DNA of 64,000 bases from Candidatus Peribacteraceae bacterium (GTDB lineage: Bacteria > Patescibacteriota > Gracilibacteria > Peribacterales > Peribacteraceae): NCBI GenBank assembly GCA_040081825.1, contig JBEBFT010000001.1, positions 67,580-131,579 of the forward strand, read 5' to 3'. The first letter of the stretch is position 1. The number at the start of each line of letters is the position of its first letter. Shown one piece after another: positions 9,617-18,707 of the stretch. The position numbers and the translations under genes are program-made. The notes below the pieces were generated by a model that saw only the letters and a list, made by a program, of their open reading frames with translations, did no database searches and had not been told where the DNA came from.

Positions 9617-11059
9617 ATGAACTTATTCAAAGAGCGACTGATTTTGTCGGTACTCAACTCAATAAACGATCAGGAATTTTTTCAGTTGCTAGGCATCAAA
9701 AGGGATTCAGGTTTCAGTTCACTGATGCTGTTGGACCTAAACCTGTTTTTTACAATTGATCCTGCCGAATGTGATGAAATCAATCTCGACGGGGTTAATG
9801 CGTATGTTGATGGAAGAATGGATGAGTATGAACGCGCAAATGGCGATTCCCATACAGTTGCGCAGAATATACTGCTCAAAGCATTGGAATATGCAGGAGT
9901 AAAGGTTGCCCACGGAGGTAATGCGCTTAACTTTACCGCTAGCCTACTTGCATTACGTCGTGGTCTTCCTTCAACGATACGGCACGATCGCCTTCGACTC
10001 ATACTACCAAACGATCCCGACTATCATGAGTTCTTTAAAAACTTGAGCGGTACAGATCTTGAGTTAGTGCAAGATGATGAAATCCAGCCTCGAGTGAGTT
10101 TTCACGTTCCAATGAATCAACCTGGGAACCCTAGGACAGCCATGTTATCGAGTCCATCGATTGATCGAGAGAAGTACACAGGTAAGATACGTGAGCTTAG
10201 AGGAGATACGCGGCTTCGTGCTTTGGCAGTTGCGTTTCCATCTGATCATGGCGATCTGTTACTGCCAAGTAGTGCTGCTATGAAGGAGCTTCAGGTAGAG
10301 CACTTGCAAACACATGATACGAGAATTAATGAAGAAGAGTTTGTCAAAATACTACTTAATTCAGGAGTCCCGTTGCCTTCGTTACTCCAGAAAAACGAGC
10401 ACTCAGATTCGGAAGAGCTAGAGCTTCTAGAGGCAGCGAGGTATGCAACTTTGCGTGATTTTGACTCTATTCCTCTAGAGCAAAAGAAAGAGATAGTAGA
10501 CTGTCTGCGCAGAATTTATGACACTCCTGAATCGAGGAGAGCAATGCCAGCGCCTGATAGTGACTCTGGCCATCGGCGTCTCTTGAGTGTAGGCATTGGT
10601 CCAGCTGGTTGCGTTAGCGTGCATCGAACGATGGACGGTCTCATAGGGACATTTGCTTCATCTTTTGCACCAGATGACTTGCCTCTCGTTCGTTCGCTTC
10701 TCGCGGAGGAAGACATGCCACACTTTTCTACACAGGAAAAAACAGGAAGAGGTGACGCATGTGCTGCTATACAGTATTTGTGTGATAGATACGGTGATGA
10801 TTTGCTTGCAGAGTTTAATACGCCATCTTTTCCACGTCAGCATCGAATGCTCAAGATTTGGTTTTCTGAGGTTCTAGGTCGTATTGCACCAGCAATTGTT
10901 GCGCAAACGAGTAAGCCTAATCTAGCCGAATTAAGTCCTGCATCCGCATCAAATATTCTTCAGTATCTTATCCAGGAACTGAGAAAAAATGGTGGAGATT
11001 ACAAGAAAGTACACACTCTAGGACGCACATTTAGTTCCTGGAGGATTGCTGAAGAGTGA
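9617..11059 (+). CDS. Hypothetical protein, possibly a divergent ribokinase/PfkB-fold kinase
   Basis: GGNALNF, INEEEF, VGIGPAGC and TGRGDA echo PfkB motifs in the expected order. Confidence 0.5.
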   Translation: MNLFKERLILSVLNSINDQEFFQLLGIKRDSGFSSLMLLDLNLFFTIDPAECDEINLDGVNAYVDGRMDEYERANGDSHTVAQNILLKALEYAGVKVAHGGNALNFTASLLALRRGLPSTIRHDRLRLILPNDPDYHEFFKNLSGTDLELVQDDEIQPRVSFHVPMNQPGNPRTAMLSSPSIDREKYTGKIRELRGDTRLRALAVAFPSDHGDLLLPSSAAMKELQVEHLQTHDTRINEEEFVKILLNSGVPLPSLLQKNEHSDSEELELLEAARYATLRDFDSIPLEQKKEIVDCLRRIYDTPESRRAMPAPDSDSGHRRLLSVGIGPAGCVSVHRTMDGLIGTFASSFAPDDLPLVRSLLAEEDMPHFSTQEKTGRGDACAAIQYLCDRYGDDLLAEFNTPSFPRQHRMLKIWFSEVLGRIAPAIVAQTSKPNLAELSPASASNILQYLIQELRKNGGDYKKVHTLGRTFSSWRIAEE

Positions 11060-11067
11060 GAGCATTC

Positions 11068-12417
11068 TTATCCCTCCCCCGGATCCCGGAAATCGCCCAG
11101 CTTGTCTTTTATTGAATAGGTATCCAGGTTTTGCTTACCGATCAGCTTGATCACTTCTGGGATCGCTTTCTCAAACTTGATCTGCTTCTGCTTGCCCGCG
11201 TGCATGTCACGCAGAATGGCAGTGCCTTCTTTTACTTCCATCTGCCCCATCAGGATGCAGTAACGCGCTTGGAAACGGTCTGCCAGACGCATCTGACTCT
11301 TCAGACTTGCTTCACCCAGTGCACCCACAGTGTGAATGCCGAGGTCACGTAAATCCGACACGAGACGCAGACACTTTTTCTTCGCCTCCGGACCCAGCTG
11401 TGCAACGAACACATCGACCTGATCCTTGAATGGGGCCTCAACTCCTGCTTCCTGCATGTGCCACATCACGCGTTCCATACCCATCGCGAAACCGACTGCT
11501 GGCGTGTGCTTTCCACCCAGTTGCTCCATCAGGTAATCGAATCTGCCACCACCACCCACTGCATTCTGCGCCCCTGTTGAACTATCCCAGAACTCGAAGA
11601 CAGTTTGGTTGTAATAATCCAAGCCACGCACCAATCCTTCATTCGAAGTGAATGGAATGCCGAGTTCGGTCAGATACTCGAGGAGGTCACTGTGATACTT
11701 CTGGCTCTCCTTGCTGACGAACTGACTGAGCTTGGGTGCCATCTTTACCAGAATCTGTGTGTCCTCTTCTTTGGAGTCGAGTAGGCGAAGGGGATTGCTC
11801 GCTACACGCTTTCTATCGATCTCGGGTAGGTTTCGCTCTTTCCCTGCGAAGTACTCTCGGAGTGCATCTACAAATGCTTTTCGGTCCTCCGCAGCACCGA
11901 TGTTATTGATTTGTAGTCGCAAACGGTCCTGAATACTCAGATCCCCAAGAATTTTCCAGGCTACTTGGATGAGCTGTGCGTCGATACTTGGATCCGAGAG
12001 CCCAAGCACTTCGAAGTCGAATTGGTGAAATTGTCGATATCGTCCTTTCTGCGGACGGTCGTAGCGGAAGCACGGACCAATGGAATAGAGCTCGACCGGT
12101 TGTGGAAGCTCTGCCATGCCATGCTGAATGTACGAGCGGCAAATACCTGCTGTGAATTCGGGACGGAGTGCGTAGTCCAACTGCTCGTCCGCTCCTTTTC
12201 TTCCGACACCGAAGAGTTCCTTTTCCACGATATCTGTGTGCTCACCAATGCCACGTTCGTAGAGAGCACGCTCTTCGAAAATTGGAGGATCGATACGCTT
12301 GTAGCCTGCCTGACGTGCACGGTGACGAACGGCTTTCTTGATGTACGTCATGTACTGGTTGTCACCCGGTAGGATGTCGTGAACGCCTTTGGGGGAGCGG
12401 TATTTCAGTTCAGCCAT
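11068..12417 (-). CDS. hisS: Histidine--tRNA ligase
   Basis: LRPEFTA, FRYDRPQKGRYRQFHQ, LVRGLDYY, GFAMGMER. Confidence 0.98.
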   Translation of the reverse strand: MAELKYRSPKGVHDILPGDNQYMTYIKKAVRHRARQAGYKRIDPPIFEERALYERGIGEHTDIVEKELFGVGRKGADEQLDYALRPEFTAGICRSYIQHGMAELPQPVELYSIGPCFRYDRPQKGRYRQFHQFDFEVLGLSDPSIDAQLIQVAWKILGDLSIQDRLRLQINNIGAAEDRKAFVDALREYFAGKERNLPEIDRKRVASNPLRLLDSKEEDTQILVKMAPKLSQFVSKESQKYHSDLLEYLTELGIPFTSNEGLVRGLDYYNQTVFEFWDSSTGAQNAVGGGGRFDYLMEQLGGKHTPAVGFAMGMERVMWHMQEAGVEAPFKDQVDVFVAQLGPEAKKKCLRLVSDLRDLGIHTVGALGEASLKSQMRLADRFQARYCILMGQMEVKEGTAILRDMHAGKQKQIKFEKAIPEVIKLIGKQNLDTYSIKDKLGDFRDPGEG

Positions 12418-12495
12418 GAACGGGAGTGTAGCAGTTCTGGATGTTGGAATCTAGGCACTTCCTCCGTGTATATTTGAAGATTTCATTATAAAAAA

Positions 12496-12524
12496 GTAGA
12501 GACGCCCCAGTGGGGCGTCTCTAC
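12496..12524. repeat. GTAG-type REP palindrome
   Basis: GTAGAGACGCCCCA-G-TGGGGCGTCTCTAC, a perfect inverted repeat. Confidence 0.8.
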
Positions 12525-12538
12525 AGAAAACTTCAATC

Positions 12539-13405
12539 CTATTTCGCCATTACCGTTCGTGCCAAGTGAATGCCGAACACCATCATGAAGGCGCTGCCGA
12601 GCTGTACCAAAATGGCAGTGACCCATGTACCGATCGTACCGAACATTCCTAGAACCATGGCGACGATCATGACTGCAATCCAGAGCACGATCGCGACTGC
12701 GATCATGTTTCCAAAGATCTTGCCCCATTGACCTGTGGTTTGTGTATAACTCATTGATGCGCTTTCCATCACGCCTTTCTTTCCTTCGAGGAGGTTGATT
12801 GGAGCCGTGATGAAGCGTGGACCCAGAATGATACCCGTGACGATGCCGACAAAAGGAATCCAGACGAAGGTGCGGATCATGATCCAGATCGACAGAAGGA
12901 AGACCTTCACAATGTGAGCTCCAGCGAGCGAGACGGCACCCCCAACGGAAGTTGCATTCAGAACCGTGACGGAGAGGAAGTATGCGGCAGCGAGTGTGCT
13001 GATGAGCATTGAGAGGAGCATTCCTTTACCAAGCATGCCTGCGAATCCACCAATCGTCTCTGCCGTTGGCATCTTCATATTTCTCATTTTCTGCTCCATT
13101 TCTCCTGCCATCGCTTCCATTGATTCACCCATTTTTTCCAGTTCCATGGCTGCGTCTGCATCACCCTGCATCGCTTTCATCGTTAGGTCCTGCATCTTCT
13201 GGATATTATTTTCATTCATCATGTTTCCTGCGCCCATGTCCTGCATCATGTTCGTGGCAAACTTTTTGCCTTGGATGTCCATGTACGAGCCGACCCAACC
13301 GTTGAGGAGTCCGAAGACCACAGCACCGACAAGGAGGACCATGAAATGTTTCTGAAAGAACGAGAACGAATCGGAGAGAAGTGTACCGAGCGGCTTCATA
13401 GCCAT
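12539..13405 (-). CDS. Multi-pass membrane protein with a Met-rich loop
   Basis: Several hydrophobic segments; SMSYTQTTGQWGKIF. Confidence 0.75.
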   Translation of the reverse strand: MAMKPLGTLLSDSFSFFQKHFMVLLVGAVVFGLLNGWVGSYMDIQGKKFATNMMQDMGAGNMMNENNIQKMQDLTMKAMQGDADAAMELEKMGESMEAMAGEMEQKMRNMKMPTAETIGGFAGMLGKGMLLSMLISTLAAAYFLSVTVLNATSVGGAVSLAGAHIVKVFLLSIWIMIRTFVWIPFVGIVTGIILGPRFITAPINLLEGKKGVMESASMSYTQTTGQWGKIFGNMIAVAIVLWIAVMIVAMVLGMFGTIGTWVTAILVQLGSAFMMVFGIHLARTVMAK

Positions 13406-13428
13406 AGGAGAGGTGGGGGAAGAATTGT

Positions 13429-13701
13429 CTATGATTCTACTAACTCTTCTCCCACTACTGTATCTGCTCTGACACTGTCTGCTGGAGTGTCAACGGCAAA
13501 GAGGTGAAGGATTCTCGCTCTCGATTCCGCGATTTCAGAACCTGTGATCAGTCCACTGCCCGATTGCTCTATAACTGAAAGATGCCGGGTAACAGCTTCT
13601 ATCTGTTCGTCATTCATTTTTCCTGGCAAGTCATGACAGCTTGCCCATAGCTTTGCCGCACGTTCGAGGGAGAAATCGGAGTAGTGATCTGGTGTTTTCA
13701 T
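13429..13701 (-). CDS. Hypothetical protein (start re-called at MKTPDH)
   Basis: 90-aa ORF starting about 20 nt after the attenuator U-tract. Confidence 0.5.
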   Translation of the reverse strand: MKTPDHYSDFSLERAAKLWASCHDLPGKMNDEQIEAVTRHLSVIEQSGSGLITGSEIAESRARILHLFAVDTPADSVRADTVVGEELVES

Positions 13702-13722
13702 CGAGAATGATGGAAAGATAAT

Positions 13723-13751
13723 AAAAAACTCCCCTCGCTTTGAGCGAGGAG
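13723..13751 (-). terminator. Attenuator terminator hairpin
   Basis: Minus strand CTCCTCGCT-CAA-AGCGAGGGG-AG-TTTTTT. Confidence 0.75.
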
Positions 13752-13775
13752 GTGAGAGAGAAAAAATCAATTACT

Positions 13776-13844
13776 CTACACACGCACCCCGCTCATAGGA
13801 ATGAGCGAGAGAATAATGCCGACGATTATCGTGCGGGCGTGCAT
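13776..13844 (-). promoter_or_regulatory. Ile-rich leader peptide MHARTIIVGIILSLIPMSGVRV (candidate ribosome-mediated attenuator)
   Basis: 5 Ile codons clustered with Val/Leu; mutually exclusive 1:2, 2:3 and 3:4 pairings; downstream terminator. Confidence 0.65.
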
Positions 13845-13956
13845 GAGAGTGCGGACACTGTATTATCTGTCAAATGGCAATCAAAGAAAAAACTAACCCC
13901 CAGTCTTCTTTCGGCTTCTGGTAGAGGAAAAATCGAATTCACTTTTTTGATATTGT

Positions 13957-14922
13957 TTATTTTGTTCCTATCACGGGAGATGGTTCACGTTGAGTTTCTG
14001 TTTTGAGAGTTTGGGTTGACCCGACAACGACACGAACATACCCAAGAGGGAGATCAATGTCTTCATCTACTTCTGGCCGAAGATGCAACAGAACTAAATT
14101 CGCTCCGATATGTGAAGTATTAATGAGCTTTGCTGGGTAACGATACTCTCCTACTTCTAGTAAAATATTATCTGTAAGTGTGCCGACTTTCACAGTCACA
14201 ACCACTTCGCGACGATTCCCATGAACAGTAATTATTTTCGTGGCAGGGTGAACGTATACCCGACCCGCTCTTGGGGACACACCTTCTGTTCCTAGCTTCA
14301 GTAGTTCGTCTGCAAGTGTTGCATTAATTCTGTTCTGCGCGTGATCGTATTCAGCTTGTTCTACTTCACTTGGTGCGACTACTGGTCGCCCTTTTTCACT
14401 TTCATTTAGCATCCTTTGAAATCGTTCCTTTGTCGCAGTGCTCAGCCGCAAAGCCTCCTTCTGAACATCCGTTGCAGCTTGTAGTTTTGCACTAGCTATT
14501 GGATCGGCGTTTCTCCATAGAACTGCACCCTTTTCCACGAACGCTCCAACTTCGGGCACTAATTCGTAACTCGGAGGTGGGATAACTGTTATTGAATCGT
14601 CTGCAGCGGGAAAAATTGTTCCATCGAATAATTGCTCCGTTGGTGAAGTCTTTCCTTCGAGAGTGTCATTTTGATTTGATGATTGCCCTTCCCCCGTCAG
14701 TGTTTTCTCTTCTTTTGGAGTATCGTTTTGATTAGCAGGTTGTCCTTGCCCCTGTTTACCATTGAATGAGTTATTGACACTGCAGCCAACATTTTGAAGT
14801 GCCGCAGTGACGGCGAGGAGCATTGCGCTAACCCTCAACATGACTGGCATGCTTGATACACGACTGAGTGATCGCATTTGGGAATCTGCGCCAGAAGATG
14901 GACTCAGAGAGGGCTTTGGCAT
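13957..14922 (-). CDS. Exported protein with membrane-fusion (HlyD/efflux adaptor)-like features
   Basis: VGAFVEKGAVL lipoyl half, helical hairpin ERFQRML...VAPSEVEQAE, SPRAGRV; hydrophobic N-terminus with Cys. Confidence 0.5.
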   Translation of the reverse strand: MPKPSLSPSSGADSQMRSLSRVSSMPVMLRVSAMLLAVTAALQNVGCSVNNSFNGKQGQGQPANQNDTPKEEKTLTGEGQSSNQNDTLEGKTSPTEQLFDGTIFPAADDSITVIPPPSYELVPEVGAFVEKGAVLWRNADPIASAKLQAATDVQKEALRLSTATKERFQRMLNESEKGRPVVAPSEVEQAEYDHAQNRINATLADELLKLGTEGVSPRAGRVYVHPATKIITVHGNRREVVVTVKVGTLTDNILLEVGEYRYPAKLINTSHIGANLVLLHLRPEVDEDIDLPLGYVRVVVGSTQTLKTETQREPSPVIGTK

Positions 14923-15059
14923 TAGTAGATCATTCTCTGGGGAACTATTCCTTCAAACAAGAAAACCCACTTTCTTTTTCTTGGACACCACGTATACCTG
15001 TACTTTGGGATCGCTGTATTTTTCTGTAAAAACAGCTACAATTTTCGGGCTTCTAAAAG

Positions 15060-15106
15060 TATGGCGATCGTAGCTCAGTGGGTTTCGCACCGCGAAGCGG
15101 GGCGAA
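15060..15106 (+). repeat. Duplicated tRNA-His 5' end followed by a GAA-loop hairpin
   Basis: TATGGCGATCGTAGCTCAGTGG at 15060 and 15158; TTCGCACCGC-GAA-GCGGGGCGAA. Confidence 0.85.
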
Positions 15107-15160
15107 CAAGGCAAAAGGAGGTACGCTCGCCGTCACAGATCATTCTTTCACAAGGTATAT

Positions 15161-15237
15161 GGCGATCGTAGCTCAGTGGTTAGAGCATCCGGTTGTGGTC
15201 CGGAGGGTCGTGGGTTCGATCCCCATCGGTCGCCCCA
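15161..15237 (+). tRNA. tRNA-His(GTG)
   Basis: G-1, TTGTGGT anticodon loop, GGTTCGATCCC T-arm, C73 and CCA. Confidence 0.97.
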
Positions 15238-15678
15238 TTCTGTCTTCGCGGGAAGAGTAGACGAATCGTACAACAGAGCACACGCATCGAGCGTGACGAT
15301 ACCGCTACGACGCAATGGTGCTATATTGTAGAACTATGCATTACGTCTATATTCTTGAATCACTTGCACATTCAAATCATTGGTATGTGGGTGTGACGAA
15401 CGATCTAAGGAAGAGATTAGCCCAACACAACACAGGCGACAGTGTCCACACTAACAAGTTTAAACCATGGAAAGTAAAGAATTATTTTGCTTTTGAGAAT
15501 CGAAATATTGCTGAAAATTTTGAGGCATATCTCAAGTCAAAATCTGGACGTGCGTTTTCTAAACGACATTTTCCGTCAAGAGATGAGTCGCGGCGCAGCG
15601 GTATCGCGGAATCGACTGAGAGATAGCTACCGCATCCATGATGTACTCATCCGCGAAGCCGGGCCATCGGTCGCCCCA
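15223..15678 (+). mobile_element. Candidate minimal element: GIY-YIG gene within nested inverted repeats, bounded by a 15-bp tRNA-His 3' direct repeat
   Basis: CCATCGGTCGCCCCA at 15223 and 15664; inverted repeats 15244-15259/15644-15658 and 15297-15313/15590-15606. Confidence 0.65.
15336..15626 (+). CDS. Stand-alone GIY-YIG nuclease
   Basis: YVYILES...WYVGVTNDLRKRLAQHN...FEAYLKS. Confidence 0.92.
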   Translation: MHYVYILESLAHSNHWYVGVTNDLRKRLAQHNTGDSVHTNKFKPWKVKNYFAFENRNIAENFEAYLKSKSGRAFSKRHFPSRDESRRSGIAESTER

Positions 15679-15685
15679 GAAATAA

Positions 15686-15775
15686 AGCATGAAAGGAAAG
15701 CTACGGTTTCCTCTCATGAGCTCTCCTTCCCTTAAGTGGAGTCGCTCCAGACCACAGCAAGTGTGGTCTTCGCGA
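15686..15775. repeat. Structured ~90-nt dispersed repeat, copy 3 (inverted relative to copies 1 and 2)
   Basis: Reverse complement TCGCGAAGACCACACTTGCTGTGGTCTGGAGC...GGAAGGAGAGCTCATGAGAGGAAACCGTAGCTTTCCTTTCATGCT. Confidence 0.8.
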
Positions 15776-16009
15776 GAATTAGTCATGTATCCGCTTGGTC
15801 CTGAGGGTCTTAGGGTTGCTTCTCCATTAGTTGCTCCTTTCGATTCGGATCCTCCAGAGCATTGCTAGTAGCCTACCGCCTTCGTCCTGTGACCAGAATC
15901 TCCAATTCGAAGAGCTATCGTACGGGGCTATGGACTGAAGACGAAAAAAGCACTAGAATAAGCCAATTGTATAGAATTGACTAAAAAGTGAATAAATTGT
16001 ACAATACTT

Positions 16010-18652
16010 TTGATGAGTTTAGACTTTGATCCAGCCGTCGTCGGTCCGCAGAAGAGGCTCCCTTCACCAGAGGAGTATGTGAAAGAGCAGGAGCGGCCAT
16101 TTGAAATTCGTGCTCAGTTTTTATCGATACCTGCAGCAGAGGTTGTGGAGCGGCACCAGTACATGCAATCAATTGATCGTGCTTACTCCCGATTGATGCG
16201 GTTACTGACACAGGCAAACGTCTCGACTCTCAGATCATCTATTAAAAATCCTACATCACTCGAACATTTTAACAATGTTGTTCTTCGCTACTGCATGAGC
16301 ACAAAGTTTGGAGCGACTGCTAGTGATAAAGTGGTTGGTGAAAGCGACCATCCAAACTCGAGAATTGCACCAAAGAATGAGCGCTTATTTTTCGGTAAAG
16401 ATGCTACACCGCTCTCTTTAGAAGATCTGAGGAGTAGATCCAAGGCTGTACAAAATCGCCTTAGAATTGTTCTCGCATTATTGGAAGAGCATATTCCTGA
16501 TTTTTCGATTCCGACGGATCATATTTCTTCCTTACATTCAGACGACGCATGTGCTTTTTATACTGTGCGTGAGCTAATGGAGGACAGAGATACGATGCAG
16601 GTACCCGAGAAGCTTACTCAAGAGATGTGGGAAACAAGGAGAGACCTCCAATCATTAGCAACCTTGCGTGACTTGCTAGGACGCATGCTTGCGCGCCTGC
16701 AAGAAGTGCGAAGGGAGAGAGGCCGATCGCTGTCTGATGAGGAAATGTCAATGTACCGAGAGACCTTGGGTCATTTTAAGAGAGATGGAATTATTGATAC
16801 GCAGTTAATTCAACAGAAGGTGCAGCAGATTGGTAGATGTATCGATACAGTTGGAGAAGAGATACGTCCTTTCGATTGCGAGTTACCAGATGTTGCTGAC
16901 TTGAATGTTCGAAGCTTGGTCCAAGACTATAGATCTGAGTACGACGAGGTCGAGTTAGCAGACCACAACCTCGGTGTTCTTTGTAGCCTGAAGGATCGCG
17001 TACAACAGGCCTCTTCAGGTGGAGTAGCTTCTCTGTCTGCATACAGGAGAGCTAAGCAACTTCTGACACTTGCCTCTATTAAGAGGGCGGTCGTTTCCAC
17101 AGGGCGCTCACCTGCTATCGTCAGTGAGCAAAATGAAGAAGCAGCAAAGATTATTCATGACCATCGATTTACACTCACGCAGACTAGGGCGTTTACAAAG
17201 AAACCCAAAGGGTGGCTGCCCCATCCAGAGGTGTTAATAAAAGCATACTCCGATTATCGCACTATTGCAGCGGCTCCTGGTATGACGACTCCACAGCTTC
17301 TCAGCTTTCCTCGATTACCATCTGAAGATGAATGGGCTACTGACTCGGGACCACTTCAGTATTTAGGTGAAGATGATAGGACATACTGGGCGCTATTAAC
17401 GCGTTTGCCATCTCAGCCATTGGATAATTCTTCAATTGCAGTTCCAGTTGCTGCTGAGCAGAGAACGGGAACGATGAGAGATGATTCGCGTAGTCGTATG
17501 GCAAAAGCGCTGCGTTGGTTACCATATGCTGTTGCAGGACTTGGGGTTGCTCTTACTGCATCGCTTCCATTCGTTTTGAATAAGGGGCAATCCAAGAAGG
17601 CAGTCGCAGATCGTAGTAATTCACCAGTTGTGAAGCCTGACGATACTCCTAACAATGATCCATTTATTGGAGTGCCACCAGAGCAGTATGAAGCTGAGGA
17701 GCGAGCAGCACTTCTTGCTCATATTGCTGATACTCCTCGCCCTCCACCTAAATACTATCCTTTCGAGCCAACACTGACTATTGAACGATCGCTCGAGCCT
17801 GACCCTCTTCGTAATGAGAAAGGTGAATCTGACTTTGATGTGAATCCGTTCGAACCTCCAGTTGATGCACTCGCTTTGACACGTCCAGGATTACCCATTG
17901 AACGTCGCAACATTGAACGCGAGAGTCCATTGCTTGCACTCCGTGATGGCTCAGCGGCTCAACTGCGTCGTTCGATGATTGATCCCGTTCCGAGTGTCAT
18001 GGCGCCGATTGCGGTGGCACCTTCTAGTGCTGATAGTGCGGCATCCCGCTCCACTTCTCTCACGCTTGAGCCTAATGACACAGTACTTGATATTCGTCGC
18101 TCTGAGAGCCCTGCATCTATTCCAAAAGTTACTTCTCCATCGTTAGAAGCGAGTGTGCCCAGCATTAGTTCAACACATCCCACTCGAAGAGAAACGACTT
18201 CGGACTCTACGCCCCTCGTAGCAGCACCTTCGGCTATGAGGAGAGCTACGACTTTGCCAATTCCGAGTGACAGAGCGTTTGCGCCAATTGAAATCGTAGA
18301 CACAACTCCGCCAGCGCTCAGTAATCCGATAACTGATATAACTGCTCAGCAGGCACGTGTAGCAGCAGAAGCAAAGAAAGCAGCCGATGAGAAGGCAGCA
18401 AAACTGGCAGCCGAGCAGGAGCGTATGAGGATTGAGGCTGAAAAACCTGCGGAAAAAGAGAAGGTGAGGATCGCTCAAGAGAAAGAACAGCAACGACTCA
18501 CGAGAATTCAAATGCTGAATACTCAGATAGAAGATCTCTTTGTAAAGGCAGAGGATCCGAAGACGAATGAAGCTGACCGAAACAAGTTCATTGCAGCTCT
18601 TGAGAAGCTTATTGAGGAAAAAGAAGCCCTAGAGAAAGCCGGAAAGGAATAG
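16010..18652 (+). CDS. Large hypothetical single-TM protein with Pro/Ser-rich region and C-terminal coiled coil
   Basis: 880-aa ORF; TM near aa 505-525. Confidence 0.7.
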   Translation: MMSLDFDPAVVGPQKRLPSPEEYVKEQERPFEIRAQFLSIPAAEVVERHQYMQSIDRAYSRLMRLLTQANVSTLRSSIKNPTSLEHFNNVVLRYCMSTKFGATASDKVVGESDHPNSRIAPKNERLFFGKDATPLSLEDLRSRSKAVQNRLRIVLALLEEHIPDFSIPTDHISSLHSDDACAFYTVRELMEDRDTMQVPEKLTQEMWETRRDLQSLATLRDLLGRMLARLQEVRRERGRSLSDEEMSMYRETLGHFKRDGIIDTQLIQQKVQQIGRCIDTVGEEIRPFDCELPDVADLNVRSLVQDYRSEYDEVELADHNLGVLCSLKDRVQQASSGGVASLSAYRRAKQLLTLASIKRAVVSTGRSPAIVSEQNEEAAKIIHDHRFTLTQTRAFTKKPKGWLPHPEVLIKAYSDYRTIAAAPGMTTPQLLSFPRLPSEDEWATDSGPLQYLGEDDRTYWALLTRLPSQPLDNSSIAVPVAAEQRTGTMRDDSRSRMAKALRWLPYAVAGLGVALTASLPFVLNKGQSKKAVADRSNSPVVKPDDTPNNDPFIGVPPEQYEAEERAALLAHIADTPRPPPKYYPFEPTLTIERSLEPDPLRNEKGESDFDVNPFEPPVDALALTRPGLPIERRNIERESPLLALRDGSAAQLRRSMIDPVPSVMAPIAVAPSSADSAASRSTSLTLEPNDTVLDIRRSESPASIPKVTSPSLEASVPSISSTHPTRRETTSDSTPLVAAPSAMRRATTLPIPSDRAFAPIEIVDTTPPALSNPITDITAQQARVAAEAKKAADEKAAKLAAEQERMRIEAEKPAEKEKVRIAQEKEQQRLTRIQMLNTQIEDLFVKAEDPKTNEADRNKFIAALEKLIEEKEALEKAGKE

Positions 18653-18707
18653 TTGCACAAATAAAAAAATATAGTATAATATACATAACAAATACCCATC
18701 TCACTCT

